Translations under genes and position numbers: made by a program
DNA from: a virus
Length of the DNA: 64,000 bases
Virus record (IMG/VR): IMGVR_UViG_3300046168_000026
Location: 112,265-176,264 of that record
Direction: 5' to 3' (one strand)
The notes under the pieces: model-generated
Databases searched by the model: none
What the model was told of the DNA's origin: nothing
What the model saw: only the letters and a program-made list of their open reading frames with translations
In this document: positions 40,666 to 50,807 of the stretch, one piece after another
Layout: every line of letters begins with the position of its first letter
How positions within the stretch are numbered: position 1 is the first letter of the stretch

Positions 40666-40737
40666 ATATAAAAAATTAAACACCGGCCATTAGTGACCGA
40701 TGTTAATAAATATAGAAATTATTTTAGTAAATATAAA

Positions 40738-41367
40738 TTATTTGAAATCTTTATCAGATGCTAACTTAGCACTATCTTTTTTGTAGAAGTCAATTAATGT
40801 TTTTAATCGTCTAGCATCAATAGTTACTGATTCATTATTTTCTTTATCTTTTATAAGAAGCGTTGGTCGGTATTCAAATTGACTAACTGCAGATTTTATT
40901 TTAGCACTTCTAAAATATTTAATTACTTCTACAATTCTTTCCTTTGTGAATGGAACACCTTCAAGATAAAATAAACCAACTTGAGGACTGTAATGTGATG
41001 AGTAATCTTCGTTTACTGATTTTTTAGATTCTAATAGGTTCTTTTTGAATTTCTTTGATAATGTAACTACTGCCTTTATAACATCCTTAATATTTTTTGC
41101 ATCTACTTGAGCGTATTGCTTTGAACCATCTTCAATACTAACATTGTATGGTTTGTCTTCATCTTCGTAATATCCAACGAATAATTGTGTTTCGCCACCA
41201 TTACCTGCGTAGAATGTACTTGTGCCTGTATGGTATTCAACATCGTCCATGTTAACTTCAACATCACGACCAATAGCTTTACTCATTGCCTTTGCGATGA
41301 TTTTTTTCTCACCATCTTTTAATGCTGGGTCAGCCTTTTCGCTTAATAAGTTTTTTAGTTTTATCAT
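40738..41367 (-). CDS. Putative internal head protein (N-tag MIKLKNLLSE; internal SVNE linker)
   Basis: N-terminal tag shared with neighbouring genes; two domains joined by LLESKKSVNE. Confidence 0.55.
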   Translation of the reverse strand: MIKLKNLLSEKADPALKDGEKKIIAKAMSKAIGRDVEVNMDDVEYHTGTSTFYAGNGGETQLFVGYYEDEDKPYNVSIEDGSKQYAQVDAKNIKDVIKAVVTLSKKFKKNLLESKKSVNEDYSSHYSPQVGLFYLEGVPFTKERIVEVIKYFRSAKIKSAVSQFEYRPTLLIKDKENNESVTIDARRLKTLIDFYKKDSAKLASDKDFK

Positions 41368-41375
41368 AATGTTCC

Positions 41376-41807
41376 TTAACTCGCGTACTTCATTAATTCT
41401 TTAACTTTCTTTTCCATAGCAGGTACTTTGAGTCCATATGTATTGGCCATCAACTCTTTCATGTATCCTGAGTTCATAAAGTTTTGTAATTCTTTTTTAG
41501 TTGCAACTGATGATTTAAAATCATTTTTTGCAATCTTATCTAATTCTTGTGCAGTTACTTTACCTTTCATATATGCGTTCATCGCATCTTGTTTGGTATT
41601 GTAGTTAGCTTCGTTTATACCCATATGAAGTCTACGATTCATTCCAACACCTTCAGATAAGTCATCCACTTTATTTTTAAAGTCAACAAACAACTTTGCA
41701 AATTGCTGTCTTGTCTTAGGGTCTAACTTTTTAATATTCTTAAGTGCTTTCTTGTACATAAAAGAAAGGTCTACTGAAATATCTTGTAAGATTTCCGTCT
41801 TATCCAT
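41376..41807 (-). CDS. Putative internal head protein
   Basis: 143 aa with internal LSE and INE sites; in the head gene cluster. Confidence 0.5.
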   Translation of the reverse strand: MDKTEILQDISVDLSFMYKKALKNIKKLDPKTRQQFAKLFVDFKNKVDDLSEGVGMNRRLHMGINEANYNTKQDAMNAYMKGKVTAQELDKIAKNDFKSSVATKKELQNFMNSGYMKELMANTYGLKVPAMEKKVKELMKYAS

Positions 41808-42109
41808 TAGTCACCTCTCATTGCTTTTGCTAATGTTTTCAAGTGTTTCAATTCTTCTTTAGCACCTTTATGTTTAGCATATCTATCTAAACCAAAAGAC
41901 ATCATAATACCTATTGATAAATGTAATCTACCTTTTTTAGCATTTGGATATTTTCTACCATAAGGTGAAGAGTTAAACCAATCAATCATAGCTTGTGCCA
42001 TTTCTTTTGATACTTTGATTCCTTCTACTCTATCAGTATTACCTTTTACAACCTGCTTTAATCCACCGATTGCTGAGATTTCCGTTAATATGTCTTTTAA
42101 TTTAATCAT
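41807..42109 (-). CDS. Putative internal head protein (N-tag MIKLKDILTE)
   Basis: 100-aa basic protein with the shared N-terminal tag. Confidence 0.55.
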   Translation of the reverse strand: MIKLKDILTEISAIGGLKQVVKGNTDRVEGIKVSKEMAQAMIDWFNSSPYGRKYPNAKKGRLHLSIGIMMSFGLDRYAKHKGAKEELKHLKTLAKAMRGD

Positions 42110-42927
42110 TACTTTACCTTACCACTTCTTTCTAATTCTTGTGCTGCACCAATTACATAACTCAATGCAGTTGCAAGGTCTCTGTTCATGTATTTAGCAA
42201 TCTTTCTAACTGCCATCATTACGATTCTTTTTTCTTCAGTAGAGAATGATTCAACGATTGCTTTATTTTTTGGGTTAACTGAATCCATCATTTCTTTAGC
42301 AGATACTTTCATCTTCTTTAATTTAGATGATGGTAATTCGCCCAATCCAAATGACTCGTTTAATAAACTTGTTAGTTTCATTGACTTAGATTCATTAGTA
42401 AATTCTTTTGCATTTTCTTTATCATCTTTGTCAACTGATTTTACAGGATATTTTTTTCCATCTACTTCGAACTCATCTTTGCCTTTAGCGATTGCTTTAG
42501 CTCTTTCAGCGCCGAATTCATTTCCTTCTTTAATTTCATAATATTTCGAAAGTACTTCACCGATTTCATCATAAGTAGACTCCATTCTTTGTTGTAGTGT
42601 GTGAACTTCACTTAATGTTTTTTGAAAAACTTTAAATGACTCGTTCATTGATTTCATATGTCTGTTAACAGTAACTCTATCAAACCAATCACCCGTTTCT
42701 TCGAGTGTTACTTTGTTTGCATTCTCAACAATGTTCTTAATTGCGCCATATGTTTCCATAAGGTCACCATTACGATAAATTGTTTCACCAAATTTCTTAT
42801 ATGCAGATACGGCTTCAAGAAATGCTCTTTTTTCTTCTGAAGTCATTTTCTTTTCTTGCTCTTCTTCACCAATGTTTACTCTTTTGTAAGACTTTGATGA
42901 TTCGTTAAGTAAATCTTTTAATTTCAT
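42109..42927 (-). CDS. Putative prohead core/internal protein (N-tag MKLKDLLNE; internal MKLTSLLNE)
   Basis: 272 aa, directly downstream of the protease gene; the tag recurs internally. Confidence 0.55.
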   Translation of the reverse strand: MKLKDLLNESSKSYKRVNIGEEEQEKKMTSEEKRAFLEAVSAYKKFGETIYRNGDLMETYGAIKNIVENANKVTLEETGDWFDRVTVNRHMKSMNESFKVFQKTLSEVHTLQQRMESTYDEIGEVLSKYYEIKEGNEFGAERAKAIAKGKDEFEVDGKKYPVKSVDKDDKENAKEFTNESKSMKLTSLLNESFGLGELPSSKLKKMKVSAKEMMDSVNPKNKAIVESFSTEEKRIVMMAVRKIAKYMNRDLATALSYVIGAAQELERSGKVK

Positions 42928-42941
42928 AATATATCCCTAAT

Positions 42942-43574
42942 CTAAAAACATTCACAATAGCCACCAACTTCACAGATGATGTCTCTCATAATGTCTTGTG
43001 CTTTATTATACTTATAAGTATCTTGTTTTCTACTAATACCTTCATTTATAACACCTTCATTCTTTGGCGACATAAATGCCCCATGAGTTGATGGGTTAGA
43101 TACAAAGTCCCAACAAATTAATTCAAAGTCTTGTTCTACTGCAACAGTCCCATCTTCACTTATCTGTTTTACAGAACCCATACCTCTTGAAGAGATACCA
43201 ACAGTACAACCTGCTTTTATAATTTCTTGTAATATTTTTCCTGATGGTGTATTTAGAATTTCTACTGTTCCGATTACATCATCACCTCTCCACTTTACAT
43301 TTCTTACAATGTGTGAAGTGTTTTTTAATTCAACTACTGATGATTCTGGATGGTCTAATTCACCATACGCTCTATTCTCTGCGATTTCTTTTCCTAAGTA
43401 CTTAGTAACTTCTCTTCTTAATATATCTTTTGGATATACTCGTCCATTTTGGTTTTTAGCGTTTGCTCTTTGTAAAACACCATCTACCAGAAATCTACCA
43501 TGTTCAGATTTAGCCTCTGCCAACATAGTAGGAGTTACTTCAAATATCATTGTATCAATTAAAAGTGATTTCAT
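42942..43574 (-). CDS. Prohead core protease (T4 gp21-like)
   Basis: Contains NQNGRVYP, GELDHP, GISSRGMGS and DFVSNPSTHGA. Confidence 0.95.
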   Translation of the reverse strand: MKSLLIDTMIFEVTPTMLAEAKSEHGRFLVDGVLQRANAKNQNGRVYPKDILRREVTKYLGKEIAENRAYGELDHPESSVVELKNTSHIVRNVKWRGDDVIGTVEILNTPSGKILQEIIKAGCTVGISSRGMGSVKQISEDGTVAVEQDFELICWDFVSNPSTHGAFMSPKNEGVINEGISRKQDTYKYNKAQDIMRDIICEVGGYCECF

Positions 43575-43721
43575 CTAACCTTCCCATTGTTTTTTCTTAC
43601 GATATAAATCAAAGAATACTCTGGCTAATTCATGACGAATTAACTTTCGTATTTGTTGGATATCTGTGATTTCCAACTCCTCTTTCAAGGTCACCTTTTT
43701 ATTTTCACACCCACAAGACAT
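43575..43721 (-). CDS. Small hypothetical protein, 48 aa (not in ORF track)
   Basis: MSCGCENKKVTLKEELEITDIQQIRKLIRHELARVFFDLYRKKKQWEG; fills the gap between its neighbours exactly. Confidence 0.6.
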   Translation of the reverse strand: MSCGCENKKVTLKEELEITDIQQIRKLIRHELARVFFDLYRKKKQWEG

Positions 43722-43722
43722 A

Positions 43723-44268
43723 TTAAGCACTCAATTCTTTTAATTGTCGTGCAACTTTTAACATTCTTTCAGAAATCTTACCAAATCTTTTTTGAGTAGA
43801 CTTCCAATACTGACCAGTATGTACACCCGTTTCAGTTTTTAGTTTAGAGTTCTGATTTACAATCTTTGTAATTTCCCACATCAATCTATTAATCTCTTTA
43901 ATTGAAGTATTTACTTTTTGATGAGCTTTCATAGAGTCATCTCGTTTGTAATCACGATAACTAGCCTCAACTATTTTTTCTAACTTAGCTTCAATCTTAC
44001 TAACAGATTCTAATTTCTTAATATTCTTGTTTGACTTCTTAGATTTCTTGTACCCAAATACTTCTATGTGGTCATTGTCCATATCGTCCTCACTTTTTGC
44101 AAACGCATAAGGAGTTTTTGGTGGACCTGCGCCACCATCTAAATTACCTGTAACATTGGCTTCATCTTTAGTTTCTTCTTCCTCTTCTTCTTGTCCAAGT
44201 AGAACAGTTTTCTTTTCTTCCAATTCCTCGAATCTTTTATCGAGTTGTTCAAGTAAAAATTTAGACAT
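43723..44268 (-). CDS. Hypothetical head-region protein
   Basis: 181 aa, GPPKTPYAF motif, TAAGGAG SD. Confidence 0.6.
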   Translation of the reverse strand: MSKFLLEQLDKRFEELEEKKTVLLGQEEEEEETKDEANVTGNLDGGAGPPKTPYAFAKSEDDMDNDHIEVFGYKKSKKSNKNIKKLESVSKIEAKLEKIVEASYRDYKRDDSMKAHQKVNTSIKEINRLMWEITKIVNQNSKLKTETGVHTGQYWKSTQKRFGKISERMLKVARQLKELSA

Positions 44269-45105
44269 TTATCTTCTCCTTAATTCGTCAAGTAATTGAT
44301 TATATCTTAATAGAGCTAATATTTGATTTTCGTTAACTACTTTATGCTTAGTTAACTCTTTTATAAGATTTATTGTTTCATTAAGTTTAATATTAGTAAC
44401 TTTATCGGAAATCTTAATAGATTTTAATTCTCTTTTCAATCTAGCTACCTCAGAAACAACAAATTTTCTTAAATTTTGAGAATTGTCAATGTTATTGATG
44501 TAATTTTTCAATATAAGTTTTTGAGATTCTGAAAGAGTCGAGTATTTTGAATTAAACGAGTCTACTAAGAACTTATATGCTAATAGTCTAACCTCTTTTG
44601 GTTGTTTCTGATATTCTTTGTTAGATACATCCTCTGTTATTACAACTTTATCTGTTGTTATTGATTCAAAGATTGTATTCTTACACTCTACATATTCTTT
44701 TGGTGATTGTGATTCACTATTTTCAAATAATTTGTATGCAGATGCTAATTCTTTATAATTTGAAACTCTATATTTAAAAAAGTCTTCAATAAGATATGAA
44801 TCTTTTATAGATTTGATTAAATTGTACTTTTCTCTTTTTAAAGTACCTTCAATTAACTTAGCTCGTTCTTTTAAAACAATGTTTAAGAACTCTTGTGCTT
44901 TATATTGAGAGTCAAAGTTCTCTTTTGTAAGAGCTTGATATAATTTTAGCTCTGTTGCGAGTTGAGAACCTTTTGTAAAGTGTTTTTTTATAATCTGAGT
45001 TGCATAGCAGGTATTATCTGATAAAGTATCAGAGGCAATTTGTCGAACTAATAGTTCAAACAGAATTCCTGTGTTTTTAAATTTACTATGTTTTAATTTT
45101 CCCAT
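44269..45105 (-). CDS. Hypothetical head-assembly protein (KHSKFKNTGILFELL)
   Basis: Follows the portal gene. Likely start is MGKLK at 45105, because the promoter motif lies at 45136..45143. Confidence 0.6.
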   Translation of the reverse strand: MGKLKHSKFKNTGILFELLVRQIASDTLSDNTCYATQIIKKHFTKGSQLATELKLYQALTKENFDSQYKAQEFLNIVLKERAKLIEGTLKREKYNLIKSIKDSYLIEDFFKYRVSNYKELASAYKLFENSESQSPKEYVECKNTIFESITTDKVVITEDVSNKEYQKQPKEVRLLAYKFLVDSFNSKYSTLSESQKLILKNYINNIDNSQNLRKFVVSEVARLKRELKSIKISDKVTNIKLNETINLIKELTKHKVVNENQILALLRYNQLLDELRRR

Positions 45106-45155
45106 TTTTATTACCTTAATTATTAACAACTACACTATAAATATCTAAAAAAAAA

Positions 45156-47069
45156 CTAAATCGTGTCATCTATTAAATTGTTCTCATCTAACAACCCACC
45201 TTTATCATTAGGTTTGGAGTCATCTTTCAAAGATTCAAGTATTACACTTCTTGTTTTTCTCTTCATCTTACTAAGACTACTTTTCATAGCTTCGGCTTGT
45301 TCATATGCCAATGGTGATATCTTATGTTTACTATAAGATGTCTCTGGCTTGGACGCTCTTCTATTCATTTTTTGTCCAATTGGGTCTCTTCCAAATGGAT
45401 TATCATCCGTTTTGTAGTTCCCTGCCTTTGGTGGTCTTCCCGCGCCATCAAATCCACCATCTGGTGCACCAGGAGGGTTACTTGGAACACCCGAATTACC
45501 ATATTCGTTTTGTGAACCTTCTTCACCATCACCATTTTGTTGTATCATAGCTAAATCATGTGGAGTACCAAACGACTCACCTGATTTTATTGGGTCATTA
45601 CCTTCAGATTCTATCTGTTCATGTCTGAAACCTAACTTAAGGTCGTTTATTACCTTACCTTGTTCAAGTTTCCATTCATCGTCTGACATATTAAAGATGT
45701 TTTTGTATACCCATTCTTGAGATACCATCTTAAGGTCTTTTAAATCACTTGCAAGTCTTGTTTTTTCAGTCCAAAGATTTGCTTTCTCTTGTTCGTATAT
45801 GATTGATGGGTTAGTCAACTCTAATTCAAAGTTAACTAAGTCTGCATTTTCATATCCTTGTGAGTATAAGTGAATGATTGCAATCTTTGTTAATTCAGAT
45901 AGTACAATTTTTTGTAATCTCTCAACAGTTCTTGCGAATCTAATATCTTCTTGTGCTAATGTTGCTTTACCCTCAACACCTTCTTCATATCCAATAAATG
46001 CTTTTGGAACTTTAAGTGCTGCTAACATTCTATTTTTTAGATATTCAATATCATCAATACCACCGAATTCCATTCCACTTAGGGAATCAATCTCAGTACC
46101 ACTTTGTCCACCTCTAACAGGTAGATAGTAATCTTCTAACATATTTTGAAGGTTGAACTTAAGGTTGTAGTCACCTGTATTTTGGTCGAGGTAAGGAACT
46201 TTCTTCATTTGGTCAATAATACTTCTCATGTGATTATCAACTTCATTAGGTGGAATGTTACCTACATCGATTTTGAACACTCTTTTTTCAGGCGCTCTCA
46301 TAATTCTATGAATCATCATTGCGTCTTCCATAAGAGTTAATTGTTTCCAAGTTTTTCTTGCACCTTCAATTAGAGAACGACCATATGGAAGGAAGTTTGT
46401 ATCTGACATTAATCTAAAGTGTGCCATTTGATAAAACTCCATATAGTCTGCTTGTTTGTTAGATGCGACACCATGAGCTGCGCCAGCTGAACCTAACTTA
46501 AATCTAACTTCATAAGGATTCTCTGGATTAAAACCTTCTTCTCTTTCTATTTCATATGCTGACATTGGTGATGCGTTTACAATACCCACACCTTCTTCAA
46601 TATCAAGATGTAAAAAGTAATCACCATATTTATTCATACCTCTAATCCAAGACCAAAGGTTAAACTCTATATTCAGTACATCATAGAAAAGGTTTTGTAA
46701 TATCTTTTTTACATTCTCGTCATTTGTCTTAATTCTAAGAACATCACCCATATCATTTTTTAGGGTACATTCATCCGAGTATATATCTAATACAGATGCG
46801 ATGATTGAATCTTTATCCATCGCTTCATAATCTGTATATAATTCTAATTTATTTGAATGGTAGTTGAATTGGTTATTATAAGTTTCCCAATGCTTTCTTG
46901 TAGTGTGTAATCTACCGAACCTATCATAATAGGACGAGCTCCTCAAGTTACCTTGTGATTGTAGTCTTTGAGTATCGATAGCTTGTGTGTTACCTTTACC
47001 AATTCTACGAACAACAACTTGGGTGTTGAATAATTTCTTTAGTCTACCAAATAATGATTTATCTGCCAT
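45156..47069 (-). CDS. Portal protein (T4 gp20-like)
   Basis: Contains LMEDAMMIHRIMRAPEKRVFKIDVGNIP, EDYYLPVRGG, ALKVPK and EDIRFARTVERLQ. Confidence 0.95.
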   Translation of the reverse strand: MADKSLFGRLKKLFNTQVVVRRIGKGNTQAIDTQRLQSQGNLRSSSYYDRFGRLHTTRKHWETYNNQFNYHSNKLELYTDYEAMDKDSIIASVLDIYSDECTLKNDMGDVLRIKTNDENVKKILQNLFYDVLNIEFNLWSWIRGMNKYGDYFLHLDIEEGVGIVNASPMSAYEIEREEGFNPENPYEVRFKLGSAGAAHGVASNKQADYMEFYQMAHFRLMSDTNFLPYGRSLIEGARKTWKQLTLMEDAMMIHRIMRAPEKRVFKIDVGNIPPNEVDNHMRSIIDQMKKVPYLDQNTGDYNLKFNLQNMLEDYYLPVRGGQSGTEIDSLSGMEFGGIDDIEYLKNRMLAALKVPKAFIGYEEGVEGKATLAQEDIRFARTVERLQKIVLSELTKIAIIHLYSQGYENADLVNFELELTNPSIIYEQEKANLWTEKTRLASDLKDLKMVSQEWVYKNIFNMSDDEWKLEQGKVINDLKLGFRHEQIESEGNDPIKSGESFGTPHDLAMIQQNGDGEEGSQNEYGNSGVPSNPPGAPDGGFDGAGRPPKAGNYKTDDNPFGRDPIGQKMNRRASKPETSYSKHKISPLAYEQAEAMKSSLSKMKRKTRSVILESLKDDSKPNDKGGLLDENNLIDDTI

Positions 47070-47143
47070 ATTTTCTACTTCTAATTATATTGTATACTTA
47101 TACATTCTATAAATATACAAAAAAAATAGTTTATTTCCAAATT

Positions 47144-48718
47144 TTATAACAACCAAGTTAAATCTTGGTCATTACCATGCTGGTCTTTCTGTTTCCAAGG
47201 GTCTATTCCAAGGTTTCTATTGTTATAAGCACCTGGTTGATTCCTTTTTATGTGGGTTAATGTAGTTCTTGTTAAGTCCATACCTTGTTGTCTTAACTTC
47301 AATGCCGTATCTCTAACCCAAAGACCTGTTGAGAAAGATATTACTAAATCATCATTATAACCTCGTTGAGCTTCTGCTCTACTACCATTCCATATAAAAA
47401 CAAACAACTCATCGATTAATCTTTTTGACCTAATCATTGGTGTTCGTTCTCTCATATAAGTATCTAATTTAGATATAACCAATGGGCGAGTTCTACTTGT
47501 CATTGAGAACCCAGGAACCATATCGTCTTTTCTTTTTAAATCAAAACCTTTTCTAAGATGAATATCCTCATCGACATAACCTAAATCTCTGTATGAATAA
47601 TATAGGTTTTGGTAGTTTCTGTCTATAACTTCTTGTATTACTGCCCAACCAATGTTTGCGTTTTCAATTACAAGTAATGCATTGTTCCAATCAGTTGCAA
47701 CCGATGTTAAAAATGCACCATATTGTTTTGTTTCAATCTTACCTTTATATTCAGCAACTTGTTCCACAGTCTCAACATCAAAGACATGAAACGCAGAATA
47801 GTCAGTAGAATCCCCACGAGCAACATCAGCCACAACAACATAATCACGAGAATAGTTAGGGTAATCCCATAACCAATAATTACCATCAAAACCTCTTTTT
47901 TCAATAGGGTCTTTAACATGCGTCTCTTCATACCATTTTAATGTTGAACCTTCTACTACTGTATAACCAGAACTGATGAAATCACAATCACATTCTTGTG
48001 CTGCTCCCTTTTCACCAAGTAACTTTGTTTGTTGTTCTCTCCATGCTTCATCTCTTTCTGGATGGACACTCCAATGTAACTCTATCGGATTCCATTGTTC
48101 ACCTGCTTGTCCTTGTAACCATATTTTGTGAAAAAAGTTACCGACACCATTTGGTGTAGATAACACGATTGCCCCACCACCAGTTGATAGTGTTGATTGT
48201 GCAGATGTCCAAATTTCTTCTACATTATCGATAAATGCAGCTTCATCAATTACCAATAATGATAATGCTTCAGAACGACCCGCGTCACCTGCAGCAGATG
48301 TTGCTTTTATCTGAGAACCATTTTTAAGTCTTAATGATAACTTGTTATCTTCTTCAGTATTACCTCTTAACCAAGATGGTAAATTCTGATGCATGAATCT
48401 AACTTTAGTAACTAAGTTTTTTGCAACCTCTTGTTTAGTTGCAATTACTAATACATTTTTATCTTCATGAAATAACATAAGCCAGAGAGAATATCCGGCT
48501 GATAGTGTTGATATACCTAATTGTCGTGATTTAAGAATTACATTAAATCGATTGTCGGAAACTGCCGACATTAAGTCTTCTTGGAAGTCGTATAAATTAA
48601 AAAGAATTTTACCACGAGATGGGTGTTGAATATAACAATACTTTCTAAAAAAATATACGGGGTCTTTAGCACATTTTAAGTACTCTTCCTTTATGATTTG
48701 TTTGATATTCTTTTGCAT
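47144..48718 (-). CDS. terL: Terminase large subunit (T4 gp17-like)
   Basis: Contains KSRQLGIST, LVIDEAAFI, STPNG, DVARGD..DYS and NDDLV. Confidence 0.95.
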   Translation of the reverse strand: MQKNIKQIIKEEYLKCAKDPVYFFRKYCYIQHPSRGKILFNLYDFQEDLMSAVSDNRFNVILKSRQLGISTLSAGYSLWLMLFHEDKNVLVIATKQEVAKNLVTKVRFMHQNLPSWLRGNTEEDNKLSLRLKNGSQIKATSAAGDAGRSEALSLLVIDEAAFIDNVEEIWTSAQSTLSTGGGAIVLSTPNGVGNFFHKIWLQGQAGEQWNPIELHWSVHPERDEAWREQQTKLLGEKGAAQECDCDFISSGYTVVEGSTLKWYEETHVKDPIEKRGFDGNYWLWDYPNYSRDYVVVADVARGDSTDYSAFHVFDVETVEQVAEYKGKIETKQYGAFLTSVATDWNNALLVIENANIGWAVIQEVIDRNYQNLYYSYRDLGYVDEDIHLRKGFDLKRKDDMVPGFSMTSRTRPLVISKLDTYMRERTPMIRSKRLIDELFVFIWNGSRAEAQRGYNDDLVISFSTGLWVRDTALKLRQQGMDLTRTTLTHIKRNQPGAYNNRNLGIDPWKQKDQHGNDQDLTWLL

Positions 48719-48722
48719 ACAT

Positions 48723-49334
48723 TTACTTTTTCCCCTTGAACGAGATTTTCCAATAGACTCTACCGATTACTATTGGTTGGAAGTTCTGATTAACACCAAG
48801 CCCCACTCCATATACATTATCTTTTTTAGATTTGTAAAGTAAGTCTCCAGATAAAAAGTTTATTTGCTTAGAATTACCACCGACACTTACCCCACCAAAC
48901 AATTTTGGTTTATTGAGGTAAATGTCATTAGTAATGGTTGTAGTTGGTATTAATACTTGGGAGTCAAAGTTTCTACTAAATATCTTGTTTTGAGATATTG
49001 TATCTATAATAGTAATGTAACCCAACGAATCTAACTTAAGAGTATCTTGATAGACATACTTGCTATAATAATCTTTTAAGATTTCGAGGGTATCGATTTT
49101 AGTTTTTAATACTACTGTATCTGTAACAGTCTTTGTCTCTATTCTTGTTTTGTATTTTGGTACATAAACTTTTTTTTCTACTGTTAGAGTGTCGTATCGT
49201 GTTTCGATTTTAGTAACAATCTTTTCAGTAGTAACATCGTCACCACCACCACAAGTTTTGAGTAAGACAAGTATACAGAGGACAATAATTATTAAGTTTT
49301 GGAGTTTTGTTCCAGCCTTTTTAAATAGTCCCAT
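48723..49334 (-). CDS. Membrane-anchored, lysis-associated (spanin-like) protein
   Basis: N-terminal hydrophobic helix ending LKTC, a DT(L/V/I)-rich stalk and a C-terminal beta-strand region. Function is inferred. Confidence 0.5.
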   Translation of the reverse strand: MGLFKKAGTKLQNLIIIVLCILVLLKTCGGGDDVTTEKIVTKIETRYDTLTVEKKVYVPKYKTRIETKTVTDTVVLKTKIDTLEILKDYYSKYVYQDTLKLDSLGYITIIDTISQNKIFSRNFDSQVLIPTTTITNDIYLNKPKLFGGVSVGGNSKQINFLSGDLLYKSKKDNVYGVGLGVNQNFQPIVIGRVYWKISFKGKK

Positions 49335-49354
49335 TACTATGTACTCCTATGAGT

Positions 49355-49729
49355 TTATTTTTTTCCGCTTCCTCTACCTGAACCTGAACCTGAAGATTTT
49401 CTTCCTCTTCCTCTACCTGAACCTGAACCTGAACTTGCTTTACGAGGTTTTCTACCTTTTCGGTTTTTACCCTTTGCAGCTGAGACAACATCTTTAGTTT
49501 GTTTACCGACTTCTTTTACTGCGTCAGCAACATCACCGAGCTCTTCTTTAACTCTTTTTGCTCTTCTTTTTACTTCTTTAGCAACTTTTTTAGCGTCTTC
49601 GATAGTATCTTCTACTTCATCTGGAATGTAGTCACCATCTCTGTCGTTAATTTTACCTTGCTTGTAAAAGTAATAGTATACACCTGCTCCGACAAGTAGT
49701 ACACCTAAAATAATAAAAATTGTAGTCAT
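49355..49729 (-). CDS. Membrane-anchored basic protein
   Basis: N-terminal TM helix, DRDGDYIPD Ca-binding-like loop, coiled coil, and a Lys/Arg/Ser/Gly tail with duplicated SSGSGSGRG. Confidence 0.55.
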   Translation of the reverse strand: MTTIFIILGVLLVGAGVYYYFYKQGKINDRDGDYIPDEVEDTIEDAKKVAKEVKRRAKRVKEELGDVADAVKEVGKQTKDVVSAAKGKNRKGRKPRKASSGSGSGRGRGRKSSGSGSGRGSGKK

Positions 49730-49793
49730 AATTTTTCCGTTTTATTTGATTATTAATTAAACTTTGATTACTAATATAAATATGTAAATTAAT

Positions 49794-50807
49794 TTAATTA
49801 GTTGATTTTGGGATTTCCCTACAATTATCTTCTAACTTTTCTAAGATATCGTAGTACTCATCTTTTTTAAGAAGTTGAATGAAATCGTTATTTGCTCCAA
49901 CCAAATCTTCTTTTATTTTATTCCAAACTTCATATAGTTCGGGTTTGTTTTCTTTTTCAGCTTTATCATAAAATGTTTTTGCACCCCATAGATGAAATAT
50001 CTGTGTACCCAACTCTTTCATAACTTGTACTGATGGTACATTCCAAACTTGGTGTTGGAATCCTAATGGTGTTGATAATGCGTTAGTTAATGACTGAGAC
50101 TGAAATGGGGTTTCTCTTGATATTGGTGCACCAGTATTATCATATTCTTCTTGGAACATCATAGCACTTAATAACCATTGTTCCATTGTGATTTGTGGTG
50201 CAGTACTATCTGTAAAGTCTGATTTTTCGAAAAACTTTTCAGAATAACCACCTTTATTATTTAGAACAAATCTAAAGTACTTGTCTGTATACCTTTTTAA
50301 AAATTCCATGTCTGTAAAACAAATAGCTGCACAATTTGCAGGCATTGTGTTTATAAATGCCATCACATCCCAATCACTCCATTTAAAAGCTTTTGGTTTA
50401 TTTAAAACTGATGGGAATGCGTATGTTGTTGGTGATTCTGTATGTAAGAATGATACCTGTGCTCTTTCTAATACATCAGGTGTTATGTTGTGTAGTACTA
50501 AATCGGTATCCAACATAAGGAAAGGTTCTTCTTGGTGTTTCATTACCCATAACTTTGGTGAAGACCAATAATCTTTAGAAATCTTATCACTTGGATATTC
50601 GTCAAGTACTTCAGTATTGACTTCATCATATAAAGTATCCATACCAAATTTTTTATACTCGTTTAAAGTATAAGTGTCTACATACAACATGATTTTTTCA
50701 GAGGGACTTGATACCCTCAGTTTTACAACACTAAGTAATTGTGTTAGGAGTTCTAAGTCGTTAAAGGATTTACCCTCTTCGAGCTTATAAGTGTGAATGT
50801 ACTTCAT
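49794..50807 (-). CDS. DUF6734-like putative glycosyltransferase (DxD)
   Basis: YWSSPKL..QEEPFLMLDTDL, MEQWLL and HLWG, a GT-A-like pattern; flanked by 25-bp direct repeats. Confidence 0.55.
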   Translation of the reverse strand: MKYIHTYKLEEGKSFNDLELLTQLLSVVKLRVSSPSEKIMLYVDTYTLNEYKKFGMDTLYDEVNTEVLDEYPSDKISKDYWSSPKLWVMKHQEEPFLMLDTDLVLHNITPDVLERAQVSFLHTESPTTYAFPSVLNKPKAFKWSDWDVMAFINTMPANCAAICFTDMEFLKRYTDKYFRFVLNNKGGYSEKFFEKSDFTDSTAPQITMEQWLLSAMMFQEEYDNTGAPISRETPFQSQSLTNALSTPLGFQHQVWNVPSVQVMKELGTQIFHLWGAKTFYDKAEKENKPELYEVWNKIKEDLVGANNDFIQLLKKDEYYDILEKLEDNCREIPKSTN

